DNA from: Pseudidiomarina andamanensis
GTDB lineage: Bacteria; Pseudomonadota; Gammaproteobacteria; Enterobacterales; Alteromonadaceae
Assembly: GCF_009734345.1 (NCBI RefSeq)
Contig: NZ_CP032551.1
Span: forward strand, 2,100,001-2,132,000
DNA: 32,000 nucleotides
Direction of reading: 5' to 3'
Under the pieces are notes generated by a model, which did no database searches, was not told the DNA's origin, and saw only the letters and a list, made by a program, of their open reading frames with translations. Each line of letters begins with the position of its first letter. The stretch's first letter is position 1. Of this stretch, positions 28,371 through 32,000 are shown in pieces. The position numbers and the translations under genes are program-made.

Positions 28371-28383
28371 CGGACAACCATTT

Positions 28384-30925
<2,542 letters not shown>

Positions 30926-30965
30926 CCAATCGAACCAAGAAAGCTAAAAAAATTGGTATTTACTA

Positions 30966-31001
30966 TTGCATCATCAAAATCGATACAATAGAATGCGCTC
31001 C
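30966..31001 (+). promoter_or_regulatory. Sigma-70 promoter of the tRNA-tufB operon with a GC-rich discriminator
   Basis: -35 TTGCAT (30966-30971), a 17-nt spacer and -10 TAGAAT (30989-30994), followed by the GCGCTCC discriminator. An A/T-rich UP-like tract (AAAGCTAAAAAAATTGG) lies upstream. This architecture is typical of stringently controlled stable-RNA promoters. Confidence 0.6.
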
Positions 31002-31014
31002 ACCTAACCGGGGT

Positions 31015-31090
<76 letters not shown>

Positions 31091-31107
31091 TTTTAAAATC
31101 TGGTTTT

Positions 31108-31192
31108 GGAGGGGTTCCCGAGCGGTCAAAGGGATCAGACTGTAAATCTGACGGCTCAGCCTTCGCAGGTTCGAATCCTGCCCCCTCCACCA
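31108..31192 (+). tRNA. tyrU: tRNA-Tyr (anticodon GTA), long variable arm
   Basis: 85 nt. GGAGGGGTTCCCGAGCGGTCAAAGGG...ACTGTAAATC...GGTTCGAATCC...CCCCTCCACCA is nearly identical in pattern to E. coli tRNA-Tyr. Confidence 0.95.
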
Positions 31193-31258
31193 CTTTTTAG
31201 CATGGTCATGCGAATGCGGTGAGTCCAGAATGGTTTGAGGTGGCCCGATTCAAGGCAT

Positions 31259-31333
<75 letters not shown>

Positions 31334-31348
31334 AATAATCTGTATTGT

Positions 31349-31424
31349 GCTGATATAGCTCAGTTGGTAGAGCGCACCCTTGGTAAGGGTGAGGTCGGCG
31401 GTTCAAATCCGCCTATCAGCACCA
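31349..31424 (+). tRNA. thrT: tRNA-Thr (anticodon GGT)
   Basis: 76 nt. GCTGATATAGCTCAGTTGGTAGAGCGCACCCTTGGTAAGGGTGAGGTCGGCGGTTCAAATCCGCCTATCAGCACCA is near-identical to E. coli thrT. Confidence 0.95.
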
Positions 31425-31479
31425 CGCATCAGGCCAACTCTTCCCTTGTCTCGCTTATTTCGGCATAATCGCCGGCTAA

Positions 31480-32000
<521 letters not shown>

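Noticed and set aside
28187-28381. 64-aa minus-strand ORF encoding MVV(RYSLFVI)n..., running through the heptamer array, the terminator and the hflC 3' end.
   Set aside because: The reading frame is created by the repeat itself: TTATTCG has no stop codon in any frame. It has no Shine-Dalgarno sequence, it translates the terminator hairpin, and it ends antisense inside hflC. It is almost certainly not a gene, although repeat-number changes would shift its frame.

Overview
This window looks like core chromosome from a gammaproteobacterium, probably a marine Alteromonadales-like lineage; that placement is an impression from the protein sequences, not a computed result. About 30 intact genes are tightly packed, and their order parallels known E. 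coli blocks. These are tex-greB next to ompR-envZ; sthA; nudE-cysQ; yheS-yheU next to yheV; queG next to nnr-tsaE-amiB-mutL-miaA-hfq-hflX-hflK-hflC, then purA; and the tRNA operon thrU-tyrU-glyT-thrT followed by tufB (truncated at the window end). A less conserved same-strand cluster sits at 11.8-17.2 kb: MAPEG protein, M14-type peptidase, VOC protein, DUF1415 protein, P2-type cation ATPase and a possible small lipoprotein. I found no CRISPR array, transposase, integrase, toxin-antitoxin pair or recognisable defence island, so I cannot claim a convincing novel multi-gene system. The most unusual locus is the hflC-purA gap (28.2-29.6 kb). It holds four degenerate ATATTAG heptamers, a strong terminator, and ten perfect CGAATAA heptamers that end 13 nt before an orphan kynureninase-family PLP enzyme gene, where enterobacteria carry yjeT. 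Other observations are a FabR-like palindrome upstream of the desaturase, an (AAN)n tract over the hfq ribosome-binding site, and an ATGA-coupled M14-VOC-DUF1415 triad. The ATPase lacks the SERCA TM6 aspartate, and three convergent gene pairs have overlapping 3' coding ends, two of them with embedded palindromes. All homology statements rest on my recollection of protein families and motifs. No database search was run.
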